This document shows, in pieces, positions 9,365-17,799 of a stretch of 29,814 nt of DNA. Numbering within the stretch: the first letter of the stretch is position 1; the number at the start of each line of letters is the position of its first letter. The notes below the pieces were generated by a model. The model was not told the origin of the DNA, searched no databases, and was given only the letters and a program-made list of their open reading frames with translations. Source of the stretch: a virus (taxonomy: Duplodnaviria > Caudoviricetes). The stretch is from positions 1-29,814 of the IMG/VR virus record IMGVR_UViG_3300022217_000109, one strand, 5' to 3'. Position numbers and translations under genes: made by a program.

Positions 9365-9688
9365 TTACCCCTTTTTAGCCTTGCAATGCCTCTGATGTGC
9401 CATTAGCCCGAACTTGGACTTTATCTCTGTCCTGCCGCAAAACTCACATGAGAATAAGCCGGGAGCATTCATGTTCTGCTTTGCCGCCCGTGGCCCATGC
9501 AATCCGTCATCTTCCGGCCTGATATGCTCTGGGTTTACGTTTGTATCCCCATATGTTTTCTTACCATAATAGTTTTCTATGTATCCGCCTATGTCTGGTA
9601 TCACATCCGCGCCTAAAACTCTGCGAGGATATTCCACATTAAACTGTTCCTGTGTCATGCCTACGGCCCAGCTTCTATCCTCAGACAT
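9365..9688 (-). CDS. Small protein with C-terminal C2H2/C2HC zinc finger
   Basis: FSCEFCGRTEIKSKFGLMAHQRHC. Confidence 0.65.
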   Translation of the reverse strand: MSEDRSWAVGMTQEQFNVEYPRRVLGADVIPDIGGYIENYYGKKTYGDTNVNPEHIRPEDDGLHGPRAAKQNMNAPGLFSCEFCGRTEIKSKFGLMAHQRHCKAKKG

Positions 9689-10547
9689 TGGTCACCTTCC
9701 TTTCGTTGATTATTGCCAGTGCTTTTTCTATCCTGTGCTTATAGGTGTGGTTATTCAGGGTTCTCTCCATTCCCGCCTTTGCTATCTTTTCGCGCTCATC
9801 CTCATGTTCAAGGTAATACTTAGCCTTGTCTACAGCATCCTCCAGATTGTCATAAGTTACCAGATGGACACCATCATCATACAATTCATGGATAGTAGGG
9901 ATATTTTCGGTAAGGAGAAAAGCCCCTGTTGCCGTAGCTTCAAAAACTCTCATATTTAAATCATCGGTAGCTGCTGTATTGAAAACTATCCTTGATTTTC
10001 TATATATCTCTGCACACTCCTCAAACAACCTCTGACCATAGAAGAAATTAGGGAAGTGCTTTAAAAACTCATCAAGCATGTATGCCCGTTTTTCAAACGA
10101 TACATACCCAACAAACCCGATATCATACTTTTTTATAGCAGCAGGGGCATTGGGATATGCCTGTGGCTCTACTGCATGAGGCAGCCATATTGCCTCAACC
10201 CCGTCTTTCCTGAACATCTCAACCGCATCTTTTTGATTTACAAACACGAAATCAAACTCCTTTGCCTTATTCATGCGGTAGTCATAACCCAAGTGCGTAT
10301 CTGATGCAACGTAAAAGCTGTTTTTGTATCCCTTCAAACTAATGGGCTGATATGGCAAAACATTTGTTAGCGCATCCTCTCCCCAGTCTATCCATGCATA
10401 GGCATCAAACTCCCCATAATCATCGGGCTTAAACTGACTTGAGAGGTGTATCACTTCATGCCCCATCTGCCTCATTTGGTGCGTCCAATACAAGGGGCTG
10501 CCATCGTTGCGCCCAAGCCTGCTTTCATACATTGTGCAAATTCTCAC
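9681..10547 (-). CDS. Glycosyltransferase, GT-B CgeB/Glyco_trans_1_2-like
   Basis: WLPHAVEP, YDIGFVG, IYRKSRIVFN, LNMRVFEATATGAFLLT, HTYKHR motifs. Confidence 0.9.
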   Translation of the reverse strand: MRICTMYESRLGRNDGSPLYWTHQMRQMGHEVIHLSSQFKPDDYGEFDAYAWIDWGEDALTNVLPYQPISLKGYKNSFYVASDTHLGYDYRMNKAKEFDFVFVNQKDAVEMFRKDGVEAIWLPHAVEPQAYPNAPAAIKKYDIGFVGYVSFEKRAYMLDEFLKHFPNFFYGQRLFEECAEIYRKSRIVFNTAATDDLNMRVFEATATGAFLLTENIPTIHELYDDGVHLVTYDNLEDAVDKAKYYLEHEDEREKIAKAGMERTLNNHTYKHRIEKALAIINERKVTNV

Positions 10548-11818
10548 ATTTCCCCCCTTTCTAGGCAGACTGTAAATGATGTTCCGTTATACATAGTTTC
10601 CCGCCCTACTTCCTCCATGCCCAAAACCTTTCCCAAGTTCGCTATGCTGCTGGGAGTGAAGGCGTGTTTATGTTCGGGGTTTAGGGGTATCCCGTCCTGC
10701 GCGTTTTCATCGGGGCAGCTTACTATAAGCCTCCCATGGGGCTTGAGCACCTTTTTCCAATTATTAACTGCATCTATTGGATCAATGCAGTGTTCAAGGA
10801 CATGCCTTGCAATAACACAATCCTGAGAGTCCTCATCAAATGGCAGCGGCTTGGAAACATCGGCTACCACATCAGCAACAGACGCTTCTGGTATGAAATA
10901 ATTACTCTCACCTTTTGGGGTAATGTCTACACCAATAGCATGCTCTAATGTCTTCTTGCCACCACAGCCCAGTTCGAGTACATTTTTATCCCCATTAACA
11001 AACCCTCTAACAATCTCTGATTCTTGATCTATGTCAGGCTTATCGCTGTAGCCGTGGACTTGGGCCATGAACTCGTTAAATTCATCGTTCTTCATGGTTT
11101 TCCAATACTCCATAAACCCATGCTTGCGAATTAACTCCATATTGGTTTTCTCTGTCATTTCCCTTGAGTTCCAGCCACCAGGCTTGTCGGGCCCACCGTA
11201 CAGCCTCTCCCCTGTCTGGAATCCGTAATGATAAATAAACACATCAGACATAATTGATAGCTTATATCCCGCTTTTCTCAGCCTGATAGATAAATCAATA
11301 TCGTCCCCGCCCGATTGCACATGATGCACACCCCCTGCCTTGTCTAATGCCTCGCGCTTCACCATCATGCAAAATCCAATAAGGTAGGATGTAGGCACTA
11401 CCCTGTTTGCAGCATCAAAGGACAGCATATTCTGTTTGCCCATAACAGTGTTTGAGGATGGCCCTATTGCCCCAACATTAGAGAACAGTTCCATTTCTCT
11501 GTGCATATTTGCTATCCATTTATAGGACGCTCTTGGAATGAATATATCATCGTTAGCGAAAACAACATACTTGGAATCAGAGTGTTTCAATCCCTCGATT
11601 AACCCACCATCCCATCCAAGGGGCTTGTCTGGATTTAATACAATAACATTGTCGTTTTCAAATTCTACGGGCGTATCACCGTTATTGACAATGATTATCC
11701 TGATAGGATGTGCCACTGAATACAATATCATGGATTGGACACAATTATAGAGCAAGTCTGGATTGTCCAGTGTCGGGATAATTATATCAACTCGAAGGGC
11801 ATCGCGATTTGTCACCAT
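10544..11818 (-). CDS. GT2 glycosyltransferase fused to class I SAM methyltransferase
   Basis: VDIIIPT, FANDD, IGFCMMVKRE, DDIDLSIRLRKAGY; C-terminal LELGCGG, LPFDEDSQD, HVLEH, LKPHGRL; SD AAGGAGG. Confidence 0.9.
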   Translation of the reverse strand: MVTNRDALRVDIIIPTLDNPDLLYNCVQSMILYSVAHPIRIIIVNNGDTPVEFENDNVIVLNPDKPLGWDGGLIEGLKHSDSKYVVFANDDIFIPRASYKWIANMHREMELFSNVGAIGPSSNTVMGKQNMLSFDAANRVVPTSYLIGFCMMVKREALDKAGGVHHVQSGGDDIDLSIRLRKAGYKLSIMSDVFIYHYGFQTGERLYGGPDKPGGWNSREMTEKTNMELIRKHGFMEYWKTMKNDEFNEFMAQVHGYSDKPDIDQESEIVRGFVNGDKNVLELGCGGKKTLEHAIGVDITPKGESNYFIPEASVADVVADVSKPLPFDEDSQDCVIARHVLEHCIDPIDAVNNWKKVLKPHGRLIVSCPDENAQDGIPLNPEHKHAFTPSSIANLGKVLGMEEVGRETMYNGTSFTVCLERGEM

Positions 11819-12542
11819 ACACCTCCTTTAAGTGTTCTATGTTTCTCTTACTCTCGTAGTCTTCCTCTGTTATTACTGGCGGATATCCAAGATGTCCCAT
11901 TTTTGTTGATGTATCCATAAATACCTTATATCCGTGCTCCCCTGCGCTATGGCAGAAATGGATATCCTCTCCCGCTCCACTTGTACTCATAAACCACGGA
12001 GTCGGCATGTTTCTAAGCACGTCCACCTTTATCAGAACCGCGCCGAAACCAACCGCATCACACTCCACTAAAGTATTCTTGGGGTATGATATAAGCGTAT
12101 GATTTATGTAATAATTCTTTTTCTCCACAGGGTCGTATCCCTTGTTAACCTCGTAGATTACGGGACTATGAGGGGCAGAGCGAGTGAAGGCAAGCCCAGC
12201 ACAAATATCTACATTGTGCCTGTAAAGCCTCTCAAATATATCCGTGCCTGTAATCATGTCATCATCAATCATAAACAGGTAGTCCATGCCTCTTGCTACG
12301 GCTTCCTCTGCTATCCGCTCCCTTGCAAGGGCTGTAAAGACCTTTCCTATGGAGCAAGTAAAAAACTCAAACTTTACTCCATCGGGATAGTCAAACTTTG
12401 CGCCATCAAATTCTTTTTCCCCCTTAGATGAAAGAACCTGTAGAACCCCCAGATGAAAACACATCTCCATTCGGTTATCATACGCTTCTGGCTCTGTGTG
12501 CCCCTCGTTTGGAATGCCAAACATTACTTTTACAGTTTGCAT
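11787..12542 (-). CDS. GT-A fold (GT2-like) glycosyltransferase
   Basis: ARERIAE, YLFMIDDDM (DxD), GFGAVLIK, GEDIHFC, GHLG; start moved to MQTVK at 12542, which has SD AAGGAG. Confidence 0.85.
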   Translation of the reverse strand: MQTVKVMFGIPNEGHTEPEAYDNRMEMCFHLGVLQVLSSKGEKEFDGAKFDYPDGVKFEFFTCSIGKVFTALARERIAEEAVARGMDYLFMIDDDMITGTDIFERLYRHNVDICAGLAFTRSAPHSPVIYEVNKGYDPVEKKNYYINHTLISYPKNTLVECDAVGFGAVLIKVDVLRNMPTPWFMSTSGAGEDIHFCHSAGEHGYKVFMDTSTKMGHLGYPPVITEEDYESKRNIEHLKEVYGDKSRCPSS

Positions 12543-12703
12543 CCGAATCTCCTTGCATACTGCTCGTATAGTCCAATCTTTAAAAGCAACCATTCAAAGA
12601 ATGTGCCTTTTATCGCAGGCTTGACCCTATGACCGATACAAAACCCCTCAAGACACATGGCATCGGTAAGTAATGTTCCACACGTCAGGCATCTATATAG
12701 CAT
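12530..12703 (-). CDS. 57-aa Cys-rich zinc-binding mini-protein (below ORF-track cutoff)
   Basis: MLYRCLTCGTLLTDAMCLEGFCIGHRVKPA...; SD AAAGGA; fills the gap before the GT genes. Confidence 0.55.
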   Translation of the reverse strand: MLYRCLTCGTLLTDAMCLEGFCIGHRVKPAIKGTFFEWLLLKIGLYEQYARRFGCKL

Positions 12704-12724
12704 CCACTGTCCTTTCCGTTAAGG

Positions 12725-12762
12725 CTATGCGGGGGCAAGCCCAATGCCTGCCCCCACTATAG
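12725..12762 (-). terminator. GC-rich hairpin after the capsid/decoration genes; no U-tract, so a stabiliser or leaky terminator
   Basis: Minus strand GTGGGGGCAGGC-ATTGG-GCTTGCCCCCGC, flanked by CTAT/ATAG. Confidence 0.5.
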
Positions 12763-12768
12763 ACCCGT

Positions 12769-13233
12769 TTATATTGCCCTTACAAAGCCCTTACCATACA
12801 CAAGCCCACCACTTATGTTCGTGGTATTGAGTACGCTTATGTACTTGTACGCCATTGTTGATAGAGCCTGTGCAGTCTGGGTACTGGTAAAAGTACCAGC
12901 AACCCCACCTGTCTTGAGGAAGCTTGTACCAATAGCCACACAAGCAATAGTCTTGTTAGCCTCCGCTGAAAGCTCAACAGAGTCCACAAAACCCCAAGCC
13001 TGTACCCTTCCATACCCATCATCGGGGATGTCCTGGTCAGCTATTCCTGCAAAACTTGCCATAGCAGCATCAGAAGAAAACACAACCTGAGCGCCGTCTG
13101 CACTGGCTATTTCAGCAGGAGTTCCACCAACAAACCTCTGCCCTCTGCCTGTGGTAGCCGTAGCACCGTTGACATTGTGGCAGATAATGAAAACCTTTTC
13201 AGCATTTGTTCTGTTTATTCGTTGTAGAATCAT
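12769..13233 (-). CDS. Putative capsid decoration/cement protein
   Basis: GIADQDIPDDGYGRVQAWG motif; Ala/Gly/Thr-rich; second gene after the capsid; SD AAGGAG. Confidence 0.6.
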   Translation of the reverse strand: MILQRINRTNAEKVFIICHNVNGATATTGRGQRFVGGTPAEIASADGAQVVFSSDAAMASFAGIADQDIPDDGYGRVQAWGFVDSVELSAEANKTIACVAIGTSFLKTGGVAGTFTSTQTAQALSTMAYKYISVLNTTNISGGLVYGKGFVRAI

Positions 13234-13243
13234 CTTTATTCTC

Positions 13244-13294
13244 CTTTGTCTAGGGTATCCGCACCCTAACCACCCGCCGCAGGGATGGACAAAG
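13244..13294 (-). promoter_or_regulatory. Predicted three-way-junction RNA overlapping the RBS of 12769..13233
   Basis: CTTTGTC/GACAAAG closes two hairpins, CATCC/GGGTG and TAGGGT/ACCCTA. Confidence 0.55.
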
Positions 13295-13296
13295 CC

Positions 13297-13569
13297 CTAT
13301 CTACCTTTGACGAAAAATTTACCCGAATAACCCTGAGTATCATCATACACAAAAGTTATTTCCCCGCCGCTTATAGTGGCCTTGGGGTTTGGTGTAGTAA
13401 CTCCGCCTGTATCAAGCTTTACATCATAGTCTGATATATAGTTGAGTCCATGCACGGATGTGCCCAATGTCCCGCTACTATCACCATCAGTACTTGTGAA
13501 TGTTCCATGTACTTCTCGCTGCGCTCCTACGCCTCTATGCACATTGGTTACTGTGAATGAGTATGCCAT
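13297..13569 (-). CDS. Small beta-rich virion protein (putative head decoration)
   Basis: 90 aa, Thr/Gly/Ser-rich, immediately after the major capsid gene. Confidence 0.5.
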   Translation of the reverse strand: MAYSFTVTNVHRGVGAQREVHGTFTSTDGDSSGTLGTSVHGLNYISDYDVKLDTGGVTTPNPKATISGGEITFVYDDTQGYSGKFFVKGR

Positions 13570-13580
13570 ATTAGCACCCC

Positions 13581-14561
13581 CTATGCCGTGAAGCCCTGGA
13601 TAACAGCCAGCTTCCTTCTGTTAGCAGTTGACATATTACCCTGATACAGAATGTTTGCTGTCTTGGCATCCTGGTTCTCAGGCTTCACAAACGGAGATGT
13701 GATAAAATCAGCATCCTTGTGGACATTCCACTTGATATACTTGCTATTCAGCATATACATATATCCAGCGGTGCAATCCCTGTCAAAGAACACAGGAACG
13801 CCCTTAAAGTCCACGTTCATGAAACCAGCGTCAGCCGCCATTGTGTTAGTAAACCTTTTCTGGTCTACGAGAGAGTTGTTGTAACTCTCGAACACCGTCT
13901 GGTCGGTTACGATAAAGTCCGGCTTATCGTTGCCAAACGTGACGTTGTTGAACGATGTCTCCATCTTGGCCTTACCAGTTGCGGCAAAGGAACCCGCGCT
14001 AGTGGTTACATCTGCCTTCCACCAGTCGTAAGTGCCGGGAGCCAGTCCGCCTACCGTAGCGGTAGCAGAGACAAGCGCAGCAAGTCCAGTAAGGTTTTTG
14101 GAGCCATTGCCAGTACCGTCAGCGTATGCGTCACGACTCATCCTGTCTCTCAAGGAAAGCCGGGTCTGCTCGGTCTTAGCACCCAAGAGGTCAATCATCT
14201 TGGCCTCTCCCTGATTGTTGCGCTCCTCAAGCCCAGATATGGTTATAGAGCCGCTGTACTGTTTCCAGTTATAACGTGCTATGGTCATACCGTCCTGTGG
14301 AGTTACATCAAGCACTTCGTAGTTGCTATAAGAATCAACCGTGCTGTTCTGCTCATACAACAGGTGCTCTACTATCGTTTCGCCTCCATCAAGTGACCGC
14401 TTTACGGTAGAGCCACGCATTGCTATGCCCAGCTTGCCGTTAAGCCATGAAAGCAGAGGATAGTCATCAAATATCTGCTCCTCTAGCGTCTTCTGAAAGT
14501 TTGACAGGGTTGTGGTCAATACAGCATCCCATACCCTTGTCTCGCTTACTCCTGTAGCCAT
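13581..14561 (-). CDS. Major capsid protein (HK97 fold, SU10-like family)
   Basis: 326 aa after the scaffold; IFDDYPLL, YNWKQYSGSITISGLE, DGTGNGSKNLTGLAALV, GFMNVDFKGVPVFFD; SD AAGGAG. Confidence 0.9.
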   Translation of the reverse strand: MATGVSETRVWDAVLTTTLSNFQKTLEEQIFDDYPLLSWLNGKLGIAMRGSTVKRSLDGGETIVEHLLYEQNSTVDSYSNYEVLDVTPQDGMTIARYNWKQYSGSITISGLEERNNQGEAKMIDLLGAKTEQTRLSLRDRMSRDAYADGTGNGSKNLTGLAALVSATATVGGLAPGTYDWWKADVTTSAGSFAATGKAKMETSFNNVTFGNDKPDFIVTDQTVFESYNNSLVDQKRFTNTMAADAGFMNVDFKGVPVFFDRDCTAGYMYMLNSKYIKWNVHKDADFITSPFVKPENQDAKTANILYQGNMSTANRRKLAVIQGFTA

Positions 14562-14580
14562 TGTTGCTCCTTCCTAACCT

Positions 14581-15396
14581 CTACGCCTGCGCGTGTTCTC
14601 GCTTCGCGGCCTCGTATGCTTCCTGAATGGTCTTGTACTTGGTTTCTGATTTAGCATCTCGGCGCGTGCCCGGCGTTTCGGTTGCCAATTCTTTTTTGGC
14701 GGTAAGTTCGCGCTTGGATAACTCGCTAAAGACATTTTGTAGCTTGCCTTCTTTGCGCAGTGCCCTTAAAAGCGCGTCCTCCATGTCCTCGGCTGTCGGC
14801 ATTTCTGGAAACGATGCGTCATTCTGAATCAAATCCGCAAGCGTTCCCCGTACCTCGTGCCATGAATCGCCGTATTTGTCGTCAAGGCCATCAAGCAGCC
14901 TGTCCATTCTCTCTGCAGCGTACTCCGTTGACATGGGAGATATTTTGCCAAGCAGTTTTTCTTCTAACTCCTTAACCGCACTGTCAACAGCTTTCTGCGT
15001 GGTGGCTGTAGCGATTTTCTCTACAAGCTTTAAGGCGCTCTGGGTTTCGGCATCGGTTTCATCTGGGTTTATCCCATAATCGGTTTTCCGTTGCCTTTGC
15101 TTGGCCCATTCTGTAAACTCTTCATCGCCCAGTAAAGCTTCCACCTGTGCCAACAGCTTGTCAGCACCGCCGTACTTGCCAAGTTTGGATTCTGTTGCTT
15201 CTAGTTCCTTGACTCTCTCTGTGGTCTTGGAAAACTTGCTCTGGAGTTCCTTATAGCTTTTCTCAAGACCTGCCACATCCTGCGCGTTACCTTTTGATTC
15301 TCCACTTTTGGCCTCAAGTTCCCCGTCAGGTTTTCCATTAGCCCCTGTGGTTTCCTGTGCTGCCGCTGCGCTTGCGGCATCATCTGGTGTACTCAT
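14581..15396 (-). CDS. Capsid scaffolding protein
   Basis: Acidic coiled-coil with LEKSYKELQSKF and C-terminal TIQEAYEAAKRE; between portal and capsid. Confidence 0.75.
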   Translation of the reverse strand: MSTPDDAASAAAAQETTGANGKPDGELEAKSGESKGNAQDVAGLEKSYKELQSKFSKTTERVKELEATESKLGKYGGADKLLAQVEALLGDEEFTEWAKQRQRKTDYGINPDETDAETQSALKLVEKIATATTQKAVDSAVKELEEKLLGKISPMSTEYAAERMDRLLDGLDDKYGDSWHEVRGTLADLIQNDASFPEMPTAEDMEDALLRALRKEGKLQNVFSELSKRELTAKKELATETPGTRRDAKSETKYKTIQEAYEAAKREHAQA

Positions 15397-15410
15397 AATC
15401 TCATATCCTC

Positions 15411-15596
15411 CTAATTAGGTAATTTTGTTCTATTTCTAATACGGGCAAGGGCATCAATGCCACGGGCAACCTCTCCGCCCATTTCCTTTGCCGTCCCGTT
15501 TTTCTTTTTCTTTTTCTTCTTGCCCGTAAACTTGCGTATAGCATCTGTGATAAACTTCTTTATCTTGCTTGGCTCTACTTTTCTTAATTCCGCCAT
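15411..15596 (-). CDS. Small basic (poly-Lys) hypothetical protein
   Basis: GKKKKKKKNG; TAATG-coupled start at 15596. Confidence 0.5.
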   Translation of the reverse strand: MAELRKVEPSKIKKFITDAIRKFTGKKKKKKKNGTAKEMGGEVARGIDALARIRNRTKLPN

Positions 15597-15871
15597 TACA
15601 TCCATTTTCGGGTAGCTTGTTCAACGTCCCGCTTCCCTACTTCCTCCAGGTTTTTTTCTTTCATCACCCTGCGCATATGGGCAGGCCCGGTTATATGCGT
15701 TCCAAGCCCCTCCATATATTCATCTATTATCTGTGGCTTCGCTCCCACGGCTATCTCTCTTATGGCTGGCTTGCCGCACTTTCTGCATTTTTCGTCCCCA
15801 CGGGTAGCAACCGCATGGATTGCGTCCCAACGCCTATGGCACTTATCACACCTATAGGGGTAGATAGGCAT
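15596..15871 (-). CDS. FmdB-family zinc ribbon protein
   Basis: MPIYPYRCDKC...CRKCGKPAIR; usual position after the portal. Confidence 0.8.
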   Translation of the reverse strand: MPIYPYRCDKCHRRWDAIHAVATRGDEKCRKCGKPAIREIAVGAKPQIIDEYMEGLGTHITGPAHMRRVMKEKNLEEVGKRDVEQATRKWM

Positions 15872-17799
15872 TACTTGTTCCGCCCTCCTTGGCGTATAAC
15901 GTCAGCTATGAATTTCTTACTGGTCTTCTCCCTCTCGGTCTGATTATCCACTGCCGCCACCGCAAGGTCTGTTTGTGCCTTGAGGTTCGCGGTTTCTAGT
16001 TGGGTTTCGGACTTCATCTGGGTCTTGGCAAGGTCGGTTTGTGATTTCATCTGCCTGTCCTCGACCTCTCCCTGCGTTGCGGCCTGTGCTTGCTGCTGCT
16101 GCTCCTGCTGCACCTCTTCCTCTGATTTAAGCAAGCTGTCTGGATCGGGGATTCTGAATGTCTCCAAAACAACCCTTGTAGACTCTCTAGGCTTGATATA
16201 TGGGTTGTTCTGTAACAACTGCGCAGCCTCCACTACGTCACGCTTGCGGGTTTCCTCATTTACGGGCTGAGTGCTTCCCACCTCGATATCAAAATTATAT
16301 TCGCCTTGGATGTCCTCTTTTGACAAATCAAGCCAAGGTTGCAGTATTATTGCCCCCTCCTGTCCAGCTATCTGAGCAAGCTTAGTCTTGCTCCCAAGCT
16401 GTTGCTGCTGGACGAATGCTTGAAACTGTAGCGGGTCAAGCGGAATTTCCACTTTATCAAGCGTTTTCTGCAAAATCATGGCAAGTTTGCGGCTTAACCT
16501 GACATTAAAGTCCTCGTATTGGGACTGTTGGTCACTTCTAAGGCCACTTGAGGCGGCAGTGATTAACCCAGCCTCTTTTGCGGTATCGGCTCCGCGTGGG
16601 TCTAAAGCCTCAGTTTGAGATATTCCAGCCATCTGACGGATTGCGGATTTGACTATATTTGCAACCACGTATGTGTCTTGTGATACGTTGGCATCCGCCA
16701 CGGGTTCCAAGGCGTTTTCAATTGACCCCTCTGCCCTTGCTACTGCCCCGTTTCCGCCATGAGTAATCTTGCGCAGCTCTTCTTCTGATAGCTTGTTGCC
16801 ATCTGCTATGTATCTCCTTCGACTTATGCGGTCTATGTGGTCAAGCTGTAGTGATCTAACTTTGTTTAGCTCGTCCTGCATGGGCCTGTAGGTATTGACA
16901 TCGGACACGGGCAGGGCCTCGTCCGGGTTCTCGTTGAAATATAGTATCTCAACGGGCAGTCCCTCTATGTTATCAAGCGCCCCCTCCCATTTCTCATTGC
17001 GCAGGAATTTGTCATGTCCGGGGACGATAACACGAAGCTTGCGGGTTTTCTTATCGTATATCTCCCATCCCTCTACAAGCTCTACAATGGTCCTTGTCTC
17101 GTCCGTTCTGGAGCGTCTGCTTTCTGCCACGCCTTTATCGCCAAAGTCGGTTATCATGTTGGCGTTAGATTTCAGACCACGAGAATTGTATCTGGGGTTA
17201 TCCTTAATGTCCTGTAAGGGGGCGGTGAACTTGAATGCACACCATCTGGAGTCATCAAGCAATGCGTCCGTGCCCTCCGTATCATGCCTGAAATCAAACT
17301 CTGAATACCTCTGGATAAAGGGGGAGTCTGCCCTGATTATCTCGTTGGTGTCAATTTCATTCTTGTCCTTTATCTTCTCTGTTTTAAGAGTATACCCAAG
17401 CCTTGCAATGCCTCTAAAGGCGATCAGGGCATCATATAGGCATTTGCGGGACTCTCTAAGGGTTTTCATCTCCTTAAAGTACCAATCTAGCACCGCCTCC
17501 ATGTTCATGCTGGCCTGTATGGTATCAAACAGTCCGTTTTTGCCAACAAAGGGCTTTTTGCGCGGGGTTACAAAGTGCTTGGGGTTTTTAAATGCCAGCT
17601 GAGCCACAAGCGCCCGTGTATTAGCAAACACGAGGTTTTCCACTACTAGGTGGGTATAGTTATCTTCCTCACCCTTGGCCCACTGCTTGCCCCTGAAATA
17701 ATCGCGGTTTGTCCCTACGTTTTCCTGAATGGGCTTGGCCTTTTTGTGTGACACACTGAGCCTGAACTCCCATTCGTTAAATTCTGCGCTCTTAGCCAT
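15871..17799 (-). CDS. Portal protein (P22/SU10-like)
   Basis: 642 aa right after terL; DYFRGKQW, YDALIAFRGIARLGY, YRPMQDELNK, IQGEYNFDIEVGS, Gln-rich C-terminal barrel. Confidence 0.88.
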   Translation of the reverse strand: MAKSAEFNEWEFRLSVSHKKAKPIQENVGTNRDYFRGKQWAKGEEDNYTHLVVENLVFANTRALVAQLAFKNPKHFVTPRKKPFVGKNGLFDTIQASMNMEAVLDWYFKEMKTLRESRKCLYDALIAFRGIARLGYTLKTEKIKDKNEIDTNEIIRADSPFIQRYSEFDFRHDTEGTDALLDDSRWCAFKFTAPLQDIKDNPRYNSRGLKSNANMITDFGDKGVAESRRSRTDETRTIVELVEGWEIYDKKTRKLRVIVPGHDKFLRNEKWEGALDNIEGLPVEILYFNENPDEALPVSDVNTYRPMQDELNKVRSLQLDHIDRISRRRYIADGNKLSEEELRKITHGGNGAVARAEGSIENALEPVADANVSQDTYVVANIVKSAIRQMAGISQTEALDPRGADTAKEAGLITAASSGLRSDQQSQYEDFNVRLSRKLAMILQKTLDKVEIPLDPLQFQAFVQQQQLGSKTKLAQIAGQEGAIILQPWLDLSKEDIQGEYNFDIEVGSTQPVNEETRKRDVVEAAQLLQNNPYIKPRESTRVVLETFRIPDPDSLLKSEEEVQQEQQQQAQAATQGEVEDRQMKSQTDLAKTQMKSETQLETANLKAQTDLAVAAVDNQTEREKTSKKFIADVIRQGGRNK

